A DNA stretch of 64,000 nt from Octopus vulgaris (GCA_951406725.2 OX597838.1:1612001-1676000), one strand, 5' to 3'. Positions 11,976 through 24,807 are shown, counted from the stretch's first letter. The notes: a model not told the origin generated them from the letters alone. Numbers and translations are program-made.

Positions 11976-12432
11976 CAGGTCGTGGTCGACTTACGACCTA
12001 TCCGACTTACGACCGATCGACTTTACGACGATTGGCGCGCCAGCTCCCGGCAGCAATAATAAACAGTCCAGTTGAAATCTAATGGGTACGGGTGATGTCA
12101 GCTGACAAACGCTTCCCCTACGTTTGGTTATCGATCACCACTGTGGTTATCCGAAGTGCTGGATGGATGAATATCCTGTCGTGGGGACATCGAGGCAACC
12201 TCGTATTTGTTTACAAGACAAATACTTGAGACTCCGAAATATTTTTTACTAACGTCAGTATAATAGTATAATACAGAATGATGTGTGTGTCTTTTGCTTG
12301 AGAATGTAACTTAAGAATATAAAAATATAAAACAAAGCTATGTAGACCGATAGGCCGAATTCGACTTACGACCAAATCGACTTACAACCAGTCAATCGGA
12401 ACCAATTGTGGCCGTAAGTCGGCGACGACCTG
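11976..12432. mobile_element. Tigger/pogo-like MITE
   Basis: TIRs CAGGTCGTGGTCGACTTACGACC and GGCCGTAAGTCGGCGACGACCTG, with TA on both sides (11974-5, 12433-4); no coding capacity. Confidence 0.85.
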
Positions 12433-12553
12433 TATACATACACGAGCTAAAACAGCATTTAGTTTACTAAATAAAAAGCCGTTACTTTATTAACAGAAAA
12501 CACAACAGCAAACGAACTCGCATTTTGCTGTATTTCCTTCGTTCTTATGATTC

Positions 12554-12910
12554 ATGAAGTTACTACGAGAACCACGGCAATCATTTGGCGAGAAAATTGA
12601 TACCTTGAAAAGCAGCCGCAAGAGAGCCAGGCCCTGTTCATTGTGCAACAACATGAGTCAAGTGAATTCCATGAGGGATCATAACAGAAATGTTATGATT
12701 TATACAGAAGGTGGGACAGGTAGAGATTCCCATTTGGTGTACGCGGCAGAATGCCCGAAACACAACTTGGTTTATGCTGGTTGCACAACAGAACATTTCA
12801 ACAAAAGGTTTAATGGGAACAGATTCGACGTCAGGCACAATAACAGTAGTTCCACAGAACTTGCAGAACATTTCGTTTCAAGCGGCTGCAGTTTTGAAAA
12901 AGATTTGAAA
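12554..12910 (+). pseudogene. GIY-YIG endonuclease fragment of a Penelope-like element
   Basis: RPCSLC...HLVYAAECPKHNLVYAGCTTEHFNKRFNGNRFDVRH...ELAEHF...C...DLKV fits the Penelope-type pattern VY-x3-C-x5-YxGxT-x6-R...HF; truncated at both ends. Confidence 0.75.
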
Positions 12911-13645
12911 GTGCTGTTGGGAGTGTGCGAACTCTTTCCGGTACTGTATTGTTTTAGTTTTATTTCCTTGAAGTGCGATGCTGTATTTTGTTGTGTTACT
13001 GCTTGTATTCTATATTGAGTATGTAAAATGCTTTGGTTTTCTAGCTTGCTGGTGGGAGTTTATTTCGCTGGGTAAATGCTGTATAGAGCGTCTTGTATTT
13101 GTGGGTTGTTTTATTTAGGTTGTATTATTGGATTGATAGTGTCTTGCGTAGGATGTGGGATGTTCCTGGCAGGGCTACTTTTTGGACAGTGTGTAGTGTT
13201 GAGGATCCAAGTATAACTTCTACATTTTCGTTCATATGATTTTTTATCCTGCCCAATGTTCCAGTTATTGTTGATATTGTTTTTACCTTCCTGACACACA
13301 TTTTGAATACTTTGATTTCGAGGTCTTCGTACTTCAACAATTTCTCCCCTACTTTTTGGACAATATTTTGCTCAGAAGGGACTGCAATATCTATCAGTAA
13401 ACAGGGACTTTTCCCATTCCGTGATTAATATGTCCGGGAGTTAAGCTTTTATTTCTTTGTCGGTTAGAGCTGGCCAATTCCAGATGATTGTGGCCTGGTC
13501 GTTGTCTTGTACATTGTTTGGTACATGCTTACACCACCTGTTGTCAGTTTTAATGTTGTCATGTTGTCTTATTGTCCGATGGATATAACTGCTTACTCCG
13601 TCGAGTCGGTATATATATTCAGATTTAGCAAGGACTGGACAGCCC
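12910..13645 (-). mobile_element. Dong/R4-like non-LTR retrotransposon 3' fragment with 3' UTR
   Basis: GCPVLAKSEYIYR...KHVP...ATIIWN...TDKEIKA..PDI...CLLIDIAVPSEQN...KYEDLEI...GTLG...VQKVALPGTSHILRKTLSIQ*, with frameshifts. Confidence 0.8.
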
Positions 13646-14024
13646 GCAGCAGCAGCAGCAGCAGCAGTAGTAGTATTTGTAGTAGCATTGAGAGCTAATA
13701 AACGCACTATAATATTATTATTAACAACAACAACAACAACAATAATGATAAAGGTATTTCTAATGAAAAGAATATTAATATTAGAGATGATATGCGAGGC
13801 TGATATCAATGCTCTAAGATAATATGATTGCATATAATGGTTAAAAACAATAATAACACTATTTATACACCTGAAAGAGGGTTGTGGAGCGAAAGAGACA
13901 GAGTTTGGTGTGCGAGACTCTCTTTTGACTCATCAGTGAATTCTTAGACGATAAAGAGCTGAAACTATGTGTGTGCGCGCGTATATATATATATATATAC
14001 GGTCGCACACACACACACTCACAA

Positions 14025-14075
<51 letters not shown>

Positions 14076-14598
14076 CACATCTACAAAGCCTTGGTTTTTA
14101 TCTCATTACGAAACACACACACAGATATATATATATATATATATACGTACATACATACATACACACACACTCACATGCATACATATGTATGTATGCATAT
14201 ACGTATATATATGTATGTATAAATATATCCATAGGTATATGAGGAAATATATGTATATCTCTCTCTTCATATATATATGCATATATATGCGCGTGTGTAT
14301 ATATATATGCATATGTTTGTATGTATTTATAACATACACATAGATATGTGTCTGTGTGTTTGTGAATGTGTATGTATGTGTATGTGTATGTGTGTGTGTA
14401 CAGATATTGATAACGATGGAGATAAATAGGTCAGCAATTCTATATAGATTGATGACAGATATCGAACTAGCTGTCTGTATGTGCGTTTGTGTGTGTTTGT
14501 GTACCTCTATAGAGATACACGCGTATGTATAGCTATATATACCATCCTGATTGTCTCTGTCGCTTTGAGTCTCCCTCTCTCAACATATGTGTAGGTGT

Positions 14599-14635
<37 letters not shown>

Positions 14636-14824
14636 CATATAGACATACACTCACATACACACATATATATACATTTACATATACATACACACGCACACAC
14701 ACACAAAGTCATTTCATATGAAGTATATTATTTCAAACAGTTTCGTCTGCTTCTCTATGATTACAATATAAACAGGTAAAATATGTCTTTTCAACTTTCG
14801 ATATAATGTTATGGTTCTCATGAC

Positions 14825-14892
<68 letters not shown>

Positions 14893-15100
14893 TGATGATG
14901 ATGATGTTATTAATAATAATAATAATGATAATAATGGTCATGATATTAATAATAATAATAATAATGATGATGATGATAATAATAATAATAGTGTTGGTGG
15001 TGGTGGTAGTTGTAGTAGTAGTAGTTGTTGTTGTTGTAGCAGTAACAGCAGTAATAACAACAACAACTACATCAATTATGATGTTAATAATAGAAATAAC
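14825..15100. repeat. Compound trinucleotide tract (AAT/GAT/GGT/AGT/GTT/AAC)
   Basis: Direct reading. Confidence 0.95.
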
Positions 15101-15119
15101 ATTTGTATAAGAAGTAAGC

Positions 15120-15830
15120 CGCAGTGAAAGTTATGAATAAGAGCGCCAAAGCTGTGGACTGAAGGATTCAAGCTGGACACGAGCAACAACTAATCAGAAA
15201 TAATTATAAAAACAGAAATCAAAATAAGGAAAATGTATTCCAGTGCGAAATGCTGAAAAAGATGGCTGACCACATCAGCTGTGGCTGCCCAGTCCTTCTT
15301 AATCTAAATCTTAATATTGTCCAGTAAATATAGACGCCAGGTTGAACGTGTCGAATACACTCAAATTGGCATCTTTATCCACTGCACAATATGTTAAGAT
15401 TTCGATATAAAAAGAGACAACAAATGCTCCATGGCAACGACCGGGTCACAACCATCTCGGGGTTTGCTGCTGTTCTAAACCGAACAAAGACATTGAACAA
15501 AACAGTGCAGACATAATAAGCAAGGAGTGGGAAAATGCAAACACCCCAACGAATATCGCTATTCAAATAATGTCCTAAAAGACGTGGGAAACGGTGCCAT
15601 AATAGAAGGATCTCGAAATAGCAAAACTGAAGATGGCGGTTACGAAAGCGAAAGCGAAAGCGACACCAGGAATAATTGGAGCATGAAGCATGACAACAAA
15701 ATTTGAAGAAAAACGTAGAAGCCATACCAAGGTTAAAAGTTTTCACATATAACATACAGACTTTACAATGAATGTTTAGTAAAATATAACAGAGCTCACA
15801 CAATCTATAGTCTTCACGATCAATAATCAA
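15120..15830 (+). mobile_element. Highly decayed Dong/R4-like fragment
   Basis: TEGF...QCEMLKKMADHISCGCPVL (zinc-knuckle region, same GCPVL as at 13.6 kb) followed by broken endonuclease-like sequence; preceded by a trinucleotide tract. Confidence 0.55.
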
Positions 15831-15874
15831 TAATGCAAATCATATTACACACTTCACAGAAAACAAATATAAAT

Positions 15875-16312
15875 ATTCTTTTCTACTCTAGGCACAAGGC
15901 CCAAAATATTTGGGGAGGGGGCCAGTCGATTAGATCGACCCCAGTGTTCTACTGGTACTTAATTTATAGACCCCGAAAGGATGAAATGCAAAATCGACCT
16001 TGGTGGAATTTGAACTCAGAACGTAGACAGATGAAATACCGCTAAGCATTTTGTCCGGCGTGCTAACGTTTCTGCCAGCTCATCGCCTTTTTAAAAATCG
16101 TTTTTACTATAGGCACAAAGCTTAAAATTTTGGGGAGGGGCCCAGTCGATTAGATCGACCCCAGTACGCAACTTCGCCTTAAATTGATCGACACTGAAAA
16201 GATGAAAGGCAAAGTCGAACTCCGCGGAATTTGAACTAAGAACGTAGCAACAGACGAAATACCAGTAATAATTTTGCCCGGCGTGCTAACGATTCTGCCA
16301 GCGCTCTGCCTT
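15875..16312 (-). mobile_element. Two head-to-tail SINE family B monomers sharing one TSD
   Basis: Monomers at ~15875-16090 and ~16100-16312; aacaaatataaat at 15862-15874 and 16315-16327. Confidence 0.85.
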
Positions 16313-16731
16313 ACAACAAATATAAATGTATCACAAGAAATAACATGAGCAGTGTATATTGCCCAAATCTCCACAAAAATACGAATACAAAATACTGCAC
16401 TTACTGAAGGAACGTGGAAGTTCTCCTGTATTATTAATTATCCATAGTTGCGAAAGAAAACAGTAGCTTTCCTTCTGTGAATACAAACATATATAGAGGT
16501 GCTGGACATCAATTGTGGAATGGAAGACATATGCTGAACTACCCAGGTGAAACAGCAATGTTTTAAGTTATTGATTACTGAGTGAGAATTCCCTGATAAT
16601 ATTTACTGATGCTTCTGGCATTGATGCTGTCTTGATCGCGCACATGTCCATCTTTAGAGGTAATTTGTTACTGTTTTTACAGAAATGGCTGCTGTATATT
16701 GTTGCAGATGTACCAGTTACAAATGCGCTGC

Positions 16732-16817
<86 letters not shown>

Positions 16818-17241
16818 GTTTCTATATATCAGTTTGTTTGTCTATCTATCTGTTTATCTATCTACCTGTCTGTCTGCCTGTCTGCCTGTCTACACACACA
16901 CACATACGCACGCACACACACACACACACATGTACACACTATCAATAACTGCTATACCATGTTCAATTCCAGAATTAGGTCGGTATAAATGTCAATATAA
17001 CTCACTTCTCAATATCACAATCATTTAGTAGTAATACCATTCTTGCTATTACTCTCATAGGTAATCAAGTGCCACAGACTATGAGCAGTTCCTCTACAAA
17101 ATTTCCCAAACTCTTCATGCCGCCATTTTCTAAAACAGTTAAAGATTCTTTGGAGTATCACAGAGCACCTCAACTCGAAGCAGATTTTTATGTTTGGCAA
17201 GGCTCTTTGTAGAGAAGCTTTGCTATATTTTACTGCATTTG

Positions 17242-17296
<55 letters not shown>

Positions 17297-17880
17297 GCTG
17301 CTATCATTATCTATTGGCCTTTAACTATCATTAAGTGACGTTGTAGGACATATGGATGAGAGTGGTTACTTTACGATAAATATCATAGCAACAACATTAT
17401 CTAGAACAATAACAACAATAACACTGACAACTACAACAACATGCTAACAACAGCAACAGCAGCAGCAGCAGCAGCAGTAACAACAACAACAACTGCGTTA
17501 TCTAAAACGATAACAACAAAAACGACTACAACAGCAACAGCATCAGAGAAGAGTTGGTCAAAAGACATCAGTGTTAACAATGGCAATTAAAAAATGAAGA
17601 AATGATAGCATTTGCATGTTTGCATTTATATATGTATGTATATATGTATGTGTATATATATATGTATGTATATATGTATGTATATATATATATATATGTA
17701 TGTATGTATGTATATATGTATGTATATATATGTATATATATATGTATATATATATATATCTGAGTGTGTGTGTATGCGCGCACGTGTGCGTCTTGTATGT
17801 TCTGTTTCTTGCGTGTATGAATACATGCATGCATACTTTTGTGCACGTGGTTACCATGGGTATGTGCATATATATCTATG

Positions 17881-17944
<64 letters not shown>

Positions 17945-18373
17945 GACACATAAACACAAACATATATGCATCCATATAGTCGCATATATGTGCTAGTGAG
18001 TGTCGCGCGTGCGTACGTAGGTGTATGGGGAAGGGCAAGTATGTGTGTTAGTGGGGGGGGGCGTATGGGTGTAAACATTTACATAATATCAAGACAATGA
18101 CACCGAAAGCAATGGAATAAAATAAATAACGAAGAAAAAGTACAGTGATAAATTTCGAGACATTTATTAATGTCATTTCCTACGACAACCGTCAATATAC
18201 ATACATGCATACACACACACACATACATGCACACACGCATACATACATATATACATATGTACGTACATGCATACATGTTACATACATATACAAGGACATA
18301 CACGCATACGTACATACACACGTACATAGACACATACACACATACATACGTACGTACATGCATACATGTTGCA

Positions 18374-18416
<43 letters not shown>

Positions 18417-18603
18417 GCATAGATACATACATGCAGTGATCTATCTCTCTACCAATCTATCAAGGCTTGTCTATTAATCTCTCTATTAATGTATGGGCGT
18501 GTTTTTAAATGGACATACCGTATGTACTTATATATTGTATGCACTTCTGCAACAGTGTGTATATCTAGATAGATCAGACTTATGCAATATAATTCTTATG
18601 TTA

Positions 18604-19002
18604 AGGCGGCGAGATGGCAGAATCGTTAGCACGCCGGGCGAAATGTTTAGCGGTATTTCGCCTGCCGCTACGTTCTGAGTTCAAATTTTGCCGAGGTCGA
18701 CTTCGCCTTTCATCCTTTCGGGGTCGATAAAATAAGTACCAGTTACGCACTGGGGTCAATATAATCAACTTAATCCGTTTGTCTGTCCTTGTTTGTCCCC
18801 TCTATGTGTTTAGCCCCTTGTGGGTAGAAAAGAAATAGGTATTTCGTCTGTCTCTACGCTCTCAGTTCAAATTCCGCCGAGGTCGACTTTGCCTTTCATC
18901 CTTACGGGGTCGATAAATTGAGTACAAGTTGCGTTCTGGGGTGGAGTTAATCGACTGGTCCCCTCCCCCAAAATTTCGGGCCTTATGCCTAGAGTAGAAA
19001 AG
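18604..19002 (+). mobile_element. SINE family B, dimeric form with TSD
   Basis: Head aggcggcgagatggcagaatcgttagc, B-box-like gagttcaaatt, central domain repeated twice; TSD aatataattctt(a/g)tgtta at 18586-18603 and 19003-19020. Confidence 0.9.
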
Positions 19003-19516
19003 AATATAATTCTTGTGTTATTTCAGTCTAAACCATTACATACAGCTGTAGCTATTCAGGATCCAACTCTCTTTCGCATAAACACTCCGAATCTAACTGA
19101 CCTTCATAGGAATTTAATACTGGAAGAGCGCATTAAAGGAGAGCACGCACCTATCGACACTTTCTTCTTATAAACACACACAGATATATATAAATATATA
19201 TTTATATACATACACACACACACATATATACATGCATGTTTATATGTATGTATGTTTGTATGTATGCTCGTATGTATGTATGTAGGTATGTGTGTGTGTG
19301 TGTGTTTGTTTCGCGTGGGCGGTGAAGATGTTTATCGAGGCACTAAAGAAGGGAGTTTCTGGTAGGTCGCTATTCGTCTTTCAATGCAAGTGTGGTAAAG
19401 TGTAACATTTCTCTGTCATAGTTTATCGCATCCTCACCTCCTTCCACGCCAACCACCCTCTCCCCTGAGTACAACTCACTCACCTTTATAACACACCTAT
19501 TCTTTTTGTTACTTTG

Positions 19517-19517
<1 letters not shown>

Positions 19518-19573
<56 letters not shown>

Positions 19574-20025
19574 ACGCTTTCTAATGCTTAGCTACTCGTT
19601 CTCTTTTTCTAAAGTAATCATTCATTTCTTCATTCACGACGACGACGATGATGATGATGGTGGTGGTGATGGCGCTGATGCTGACGGTGTTGATGATGAT
19701 GATGGCAACGCCGACGGGGATATTGCAAATGGTGTTGGTGATGATGATGATGATGGCGATGAAGCTTATGAGGATAAATACAAGAAGAAATTTGATGATG
19801 ATGATGATGATGACGATGATAATGATTTTAATGATGATGATGATGATGATGATGATGATAATAAGAATAAGAATAATAAGGATGATGATGATGATGATTT
19901 GGAGAAGAAAAATGGATTGATGACAAAAGAATAGAGAAAATGCACTTCCCCAAGCAAAACGAACAAGAACAGCAACAACAACAACAACAGCAATAATAAT
20001 AATGAAAATATTAATAATAATATCG

Positions 20026-20089
<64 letters not shown>

Positions 20090-20093
20090 AACA

Positions 20094-20168
<75 letters not shown>

Positions 20169-20170
20169 AC
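19518..20170. repeat. (CA)n, (GAT)n, (CTA)n and (CTG)n microsatellite field
   Basis: Direct reading. Confidence 0.95.
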
Positions 20171-20341
20171 TCTCGATAAAACGTAGAACATCAATCCATA
20201 AAGATGTTATTAAAGTCCAATAAATATGCATTAGTTATAATAGCATTAGCATTAATAAGAGGAGGAAATGGGAAGACATTTTTGCAACAGCAACAACAAC
20301 AACATTAATCATGATCATATTAATTATAATGTTGCATTTGC

Positions 20342-20403
<62 letters not shown>

Positions 20404-21212
20404 TTGTATTATTGTTTATATATTTTGAAATCCATTATATTGTTGACGATATTTTTTATCGTTCACCTAGTGTTATCTTTGATAACGGATGTATTTCGTA
20501 CACACACACACGCACGCACAGACACACACACGCACGCACGCACACACACACACACGCACGCACACACACACGCACGCACACACACACGCACGCACGCACA
20601 CACGCACGCACACACACAACACACAGACGCTCGTGAACCAGCGTAAACGTGCACATATATATATACATATGTGTGTATGTGTGTCTATTCCTACGTTTCC
20701 TATCTGCCGTTGCTCTTCTGGTAAAATAAGGAAGTACAATTTGTTGTTATTGTTGTTATTGTTATTGTTATCATCATCATCATCATCATCATCATTATTA
20801 TTATTACGTTAGTAGGTGGATATGGAACATTTGATTGTCCACCTCATTGCCGTAGCATGGAAGGCGGTTTCGTTTTTTAACTATTTTTTGAAAATATTGT
20901 CCACGCGCAATTGAATGTGGTTTCTCTTGGGGAACTGGGAAGCGGTGATAGCCAGAAACCTGGTCGCAACAGAAATGCTCCAAGATAAAGCATAAAAAAT
21001 ACAGAAATAAAAAAGACGAAAAGCAGAAAACAACAGATATAAAGCAGAAAACAAAACGAAGACAATTTAATAAGCAGATACTTTTGTAAACAGTGAAATT
21101 TTTATTTTAACCTGTACACATGAAAATATTGAGGATAGCGTTAAAATGTTAATAAACGAATCAATGGCATCGCTAGCGTTACGAAGCAGAGAGAGGGAGA
21201 GAAAGAGAGGGA

Positions 21213-21287
<75 letters not shown>

Positions 21288-21339
21288 GTTGGATGTGAAT
21301 GAGCTCTAGGAGAATAAAGAGAAGAAAGGTGTGTCTCAA

Positions 21340-22150
21340 TACGACAGCGAGGGAAAAGTTGAAAGCGATTCTAACTGATCTGTGGAACAATATGTGATCC
21401 ATCGCTTTTGGTGGGCGTATCAAAGTCTGTGCTTGGTTATTACGGCGATGAAATGCGATATGAGCAACTAGCTCACCATTACCTTAACCTCAGGCTGGTA
21501 CTGCAGTGTTTGAGGAGACAAAACTCAAAGGACTTAGTATCAAATGAGCCTAACCCCTGGCTCATCGTTACATTTCAGGTATCGCATGGGAGGAGGCAGG
21601 TTGCGATCAGAATGTGTTTGTATAAACATACAGGTTCTGATAACTTTCGAAGACCATAAGGCCAACTGTAGTTTTATTTTGATGCGGAAAGAAGGAGAAA
21701 GACAATAAAACTAACGGTGCCGGAGAGAAAACTCAGTTGTTGCATGTGTGAGGAGAGTGAGAGACGTCGAGAGATTTTTGTAGGAGAGAAGATGGAGGAA
21801 AGAAGTGGGACTGTAACCAAACCATTGACGACAATAGCAACAACAACAACAACAGCCGTAGTGAGCCTATGGAACTGAATTTAAAACAACTGTGGTAAAT
21901 TCGAGGTTTACTGATGAAATTGCACCGAGGAGGCAACAGGGTGCCGGTTAGAGGCAACAACCATGACTACCACTCCATCATCTTGCGAAGATGGGGAAGA
22001 AATAAGGGCTGAAAATGTGTGGAAGACAAACAAAACGGGGAGAGTCGGAAGTCTTCGTCTGAGATTGCATGAAATACAGAATTCTTCCTAAGATGGATGA
22101 AGACAACATTAGGGACCAATGTGGCAAACTGAGAGGAGTTGGGGACTAAA
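21340..22150 (+). mobile_element. Possible decayed ORF1 (gag-like) of a non-LTR element
   Basis: Purine-rich, broken coding-like sequence including KTIKLTVPERKLSCCMCEESERRR, which resembles the approach to a CX2CX4HX4C knuckle; no intact motif. Confidence 0.25.
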
Positions 22151-22409
22151 TTTTGGTAGAGGCTTTCAATTATAGGTGAAAAACATACAAGTAATCATTA
22201 AATTGTTAGAGAGCAGCTATCAAGTGGAAGTGGGATCGATTCCCACCGGCACTGATGGTGTTCACCAGCCCCTTAAGAAATACCATGTTAAAGTACCCGG
22301 AACAGAAAACGGACGGATCTTAGAGTGAATGATTTACTTGTACATGGGTAGGATGTTTTGTTTGTTTTTATTTTGCATATATGTAGGCATGTGTATGTGT
22401 GTGTGTGTG

Positions 22410-22690
22410 TGTGTATCACATCGATCTAGTCATCTTCTCCATCCACTTTTCCAGGAGGATTGTGGAAGTGGAGTCCTTCGACATTTTCTGTATAGAGTCA
22501 GAAGCAACCGTCCTTATACTTTCCGACTGAATTCCGGCTGAATGTGACCAACTGGGACTATGAATATCATCCAGCCATCTTGTTCTTGGTCTGCTCCCAC
22601 GTCTCCTGTCAGCTGACTCGGCTTGAAGAATCCGTCTTGCGATTCTGTGACATTCTAGTCGTATGTGACCTCGGAATGCGGTCAATCTTT
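22410..22690 (-). mobile_element. RTE-clade LINE 3' fragment
   Basis: GHIRLECHRIARRILQAESADRRRGSRPRTRWLDDI matches the RTE C-terminal GH..R / GRPxxRW.D signature. Confidence 0.8.
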
Positions 22691-22696
22691 TCTTTT

Positions 22697-22784
22697 CTGA
22701 AAGGATGAAAGGAACGTAACGACAGACAAAATACGGCTACGCGTTTCGCCCGGCGTGCTAACGTTTCTACCAGCTCGCTGCCTT
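22697..22784 (-). mobile_element. SINE family B, deleted 5' fragment
   Basis: gaacgtaacgacagacaaaatacggctacgcgtttcgcccggcgtgctaacgtttctaccagctcgctgcctt. Confidence 0.8.
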
Positions 22785-23012
22785 CACTTCACTCTGATAT
22801 TGAGAAAAGCGAAGATTCTGAAGTGTTCAGAGATTAACGGGTTTAAGAATGGTACTGTTCCGGACTTAACCTAAAAGATTAGTTCGATAATATGAGCGAT
22901 GCTTAATAAAATCAAAATCTAAATTTCACGACGATCACAACGTCAAAACAGGTTTAGCAAACAGTAAATATTCCAAATGATAAGAAGACAAAGACAATTC
23001 TTTCAAAATATC

Positions 23013-23255
23013 TTTAACGTTTCTTTACAATTGTTTCTCTGCCAATTCTATTTGAAACGCCGGTTTACGCAAAAATTCGAAGTGAAAATTTACGTAACCT
23101 TTTGCGGTTTTAGACAATAGAGAGACACTTCAGTAGACTTGAATGTAAGGTGTGCTCTCGCACTGTGTCTCACTAAGGTCTAGCACCACGAAACGTTACC
23201 TGAATTTTCACTTCGAAATAGAGTTGCTACAGAAACAATTGTAACGATCATTAAA
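23013..23255. repeat. Imperfect fold-back (nested inverted repeat)
   Basis: 23013-23053 pairs with 23216-23255, and 23076-23115 pairs with 23178-23217. Confidence 0.8.
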
Positions 23256-23288
23256 TATGTGTTAAAGAATTTACTTTATATATATATA

Positions 23289-23365
<77 letters not shown>

Positions 23366-23455
23366 TATATGTGCGCGCGCGCGCGTGTGTGTGTGTTTAT
23401 TAGATTATGTTTATATATATATTGCTATCGACATACATATACACATCTATGTCTT

Positions 23456-23505
<50 letters not shown>

Positions 23506-23914
23506 TGTATGTGTGTGTATACATCTACATCTATAGATCTAAGTATATATATGCATATATAGATAAGTCTGTGTGTCTGAATGTATGCAGTTATACTTCA
23601 GACTACATTACGATCGTTTTAACTGATAAAAAGTTATTTTCAAATTGAATGTATGATTCTAGATATTATTTTCGTGACTAAACGAGGTACCCCTCCGCCC
23701 CACTATCCTCTCTAAAATAGTGGCAGCGATACTTTATTTATATATACACCTATAAATATGAGAGTATAAAAATTGGAGATGAAGGTGTGACAGGTCCCGA
23801 ATGCTGGCTGCGTTATTTGCAGCTGGCATTCTGCAAGTAGATACATTCGCAGTTAGAAATGATTTATGATTTCGCCTCGTATATATACACTAATGTTAGT
23901 AGTCCTATAGTGAA

Positions 23915-24215
23915 GGCGCATGGCTCAGTAGTTAGAGCGTCGGGCTCACGATCATGTGGTAGTGAGTTCGATTCCTCGGACCGGACTGTGTCGAACTCTT
24001 GAGCAAAACACTTAATTCCACTTTGCTCCAGTTCTCTCAGTTGTAGAAATGAGTTACCCAAGCTGTATCGGCCCCTTTTCCTTTCCCTTGGATAACATCG
24101 GTGGTGTGAAGAGGAGAGGAGGTAGGTATGGGTGACTGCTGGTCTTCCTGAAGCAACATTGCCCGGACTTACACCATATGGGGTGGTGGGACTTTCTAAG
24201 TACAATCTCCTGGTG
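23915..24215 (+). mobile_element. SINE family C (tRNA head plus CORE-like domain)
   Basis: ggcgcaTGGCTCAGTAGTTA (A box), GTTCGATTCC (B box), then cttgagcaaaacacttaattccactttgctccagttctctcagttgtagaaatgag. Confidence 0.8.
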
Positions 24216-24319
24216 ATTCATGTCTTTTTATGTAGTGCTGTGTACACCCTTAGTTGCGGCTGCTTGAATAATAATGATCATTACATACTACTACTGCTAA
24301 TAATAATAATATTAATGGC

Positions 24320-24590
24320 TTTAAAGTTTGCCACAACGCCAGCAATTTCGGGTAAGTCGATTAGATCGACCCCAGTGTTCAACTGGTACTTATTTCATCG
24401 ACTCCGAAAGGATGAAATTTAGGGAGGGGTATAGTCGATTACATCGACTCCAGTATTTCACTGGTACTTAACTTATCGACCCCCGAAAGGATAAAGGTCA
24501 AAGTCGGGTTCGGCAGAATTTGAAATCAGATCGTAGCGACAGACGAAATACCGGTCAGCATTTCACCCGCGCGTGCCGACAAGTTTTGCC
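24320..24590 (-). mobile_element. SINE family B, degenerate, duplicated central domain
   Basis: gtcgatt...atcgac.ccagt...ctggtactta occurs twice, then the head remnant up to the MITE. Confidence 0.75.
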
Positions 24591-24593
24591 ATA

Positions 24594-24807
24594 AGAGGTC
24601 TGATCAATAAGTATCCGGACTGTTGTCATACACGCTACACACCTTCCCTCCATGCACAGCTGTAGATAGCAGATGTGAGCTAGAATGTTAAAACGTAGTG
24701 TGCATACAGAACTGAGTTCCAGGTCAATCTGTGCCAAGCGGCTTCACTCTGTGTGCTTTAGCTTCGTTACTATAGGAACAGTCCGGATACTTATTGATCA
24801 GACCACA
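24594..24807 (-). mobile_element. Mariner-derived MITE (214 bp)
   Basis: Perfect 28-bp inverted repeat ggtctgatcaataagtatccggactgtt (24597-24624 / 24777-24804) with TA on both flanks; the interior is the reverse complement of 63252-63430. Confidence 0.92.

Noticed and set aside
13900-13945. Minus-strand CTGATGAGTCAAAAGA
   Set aside because: No GAAA or stem III follows.
16325-17240. Coding-like unique segments, possibly further LINE debris or exons
   Set aside because: No recognisable motif or clean splice-bounded open frame.
19506-19934. 142-aa Asp-rich ORF resembling an acidic biomineralisation protein
   Set aside because: Degenerate (GAT)n tract preceded by (CA)n, starting at TTG with no signal peptide; similar tracts occur throughout the window.
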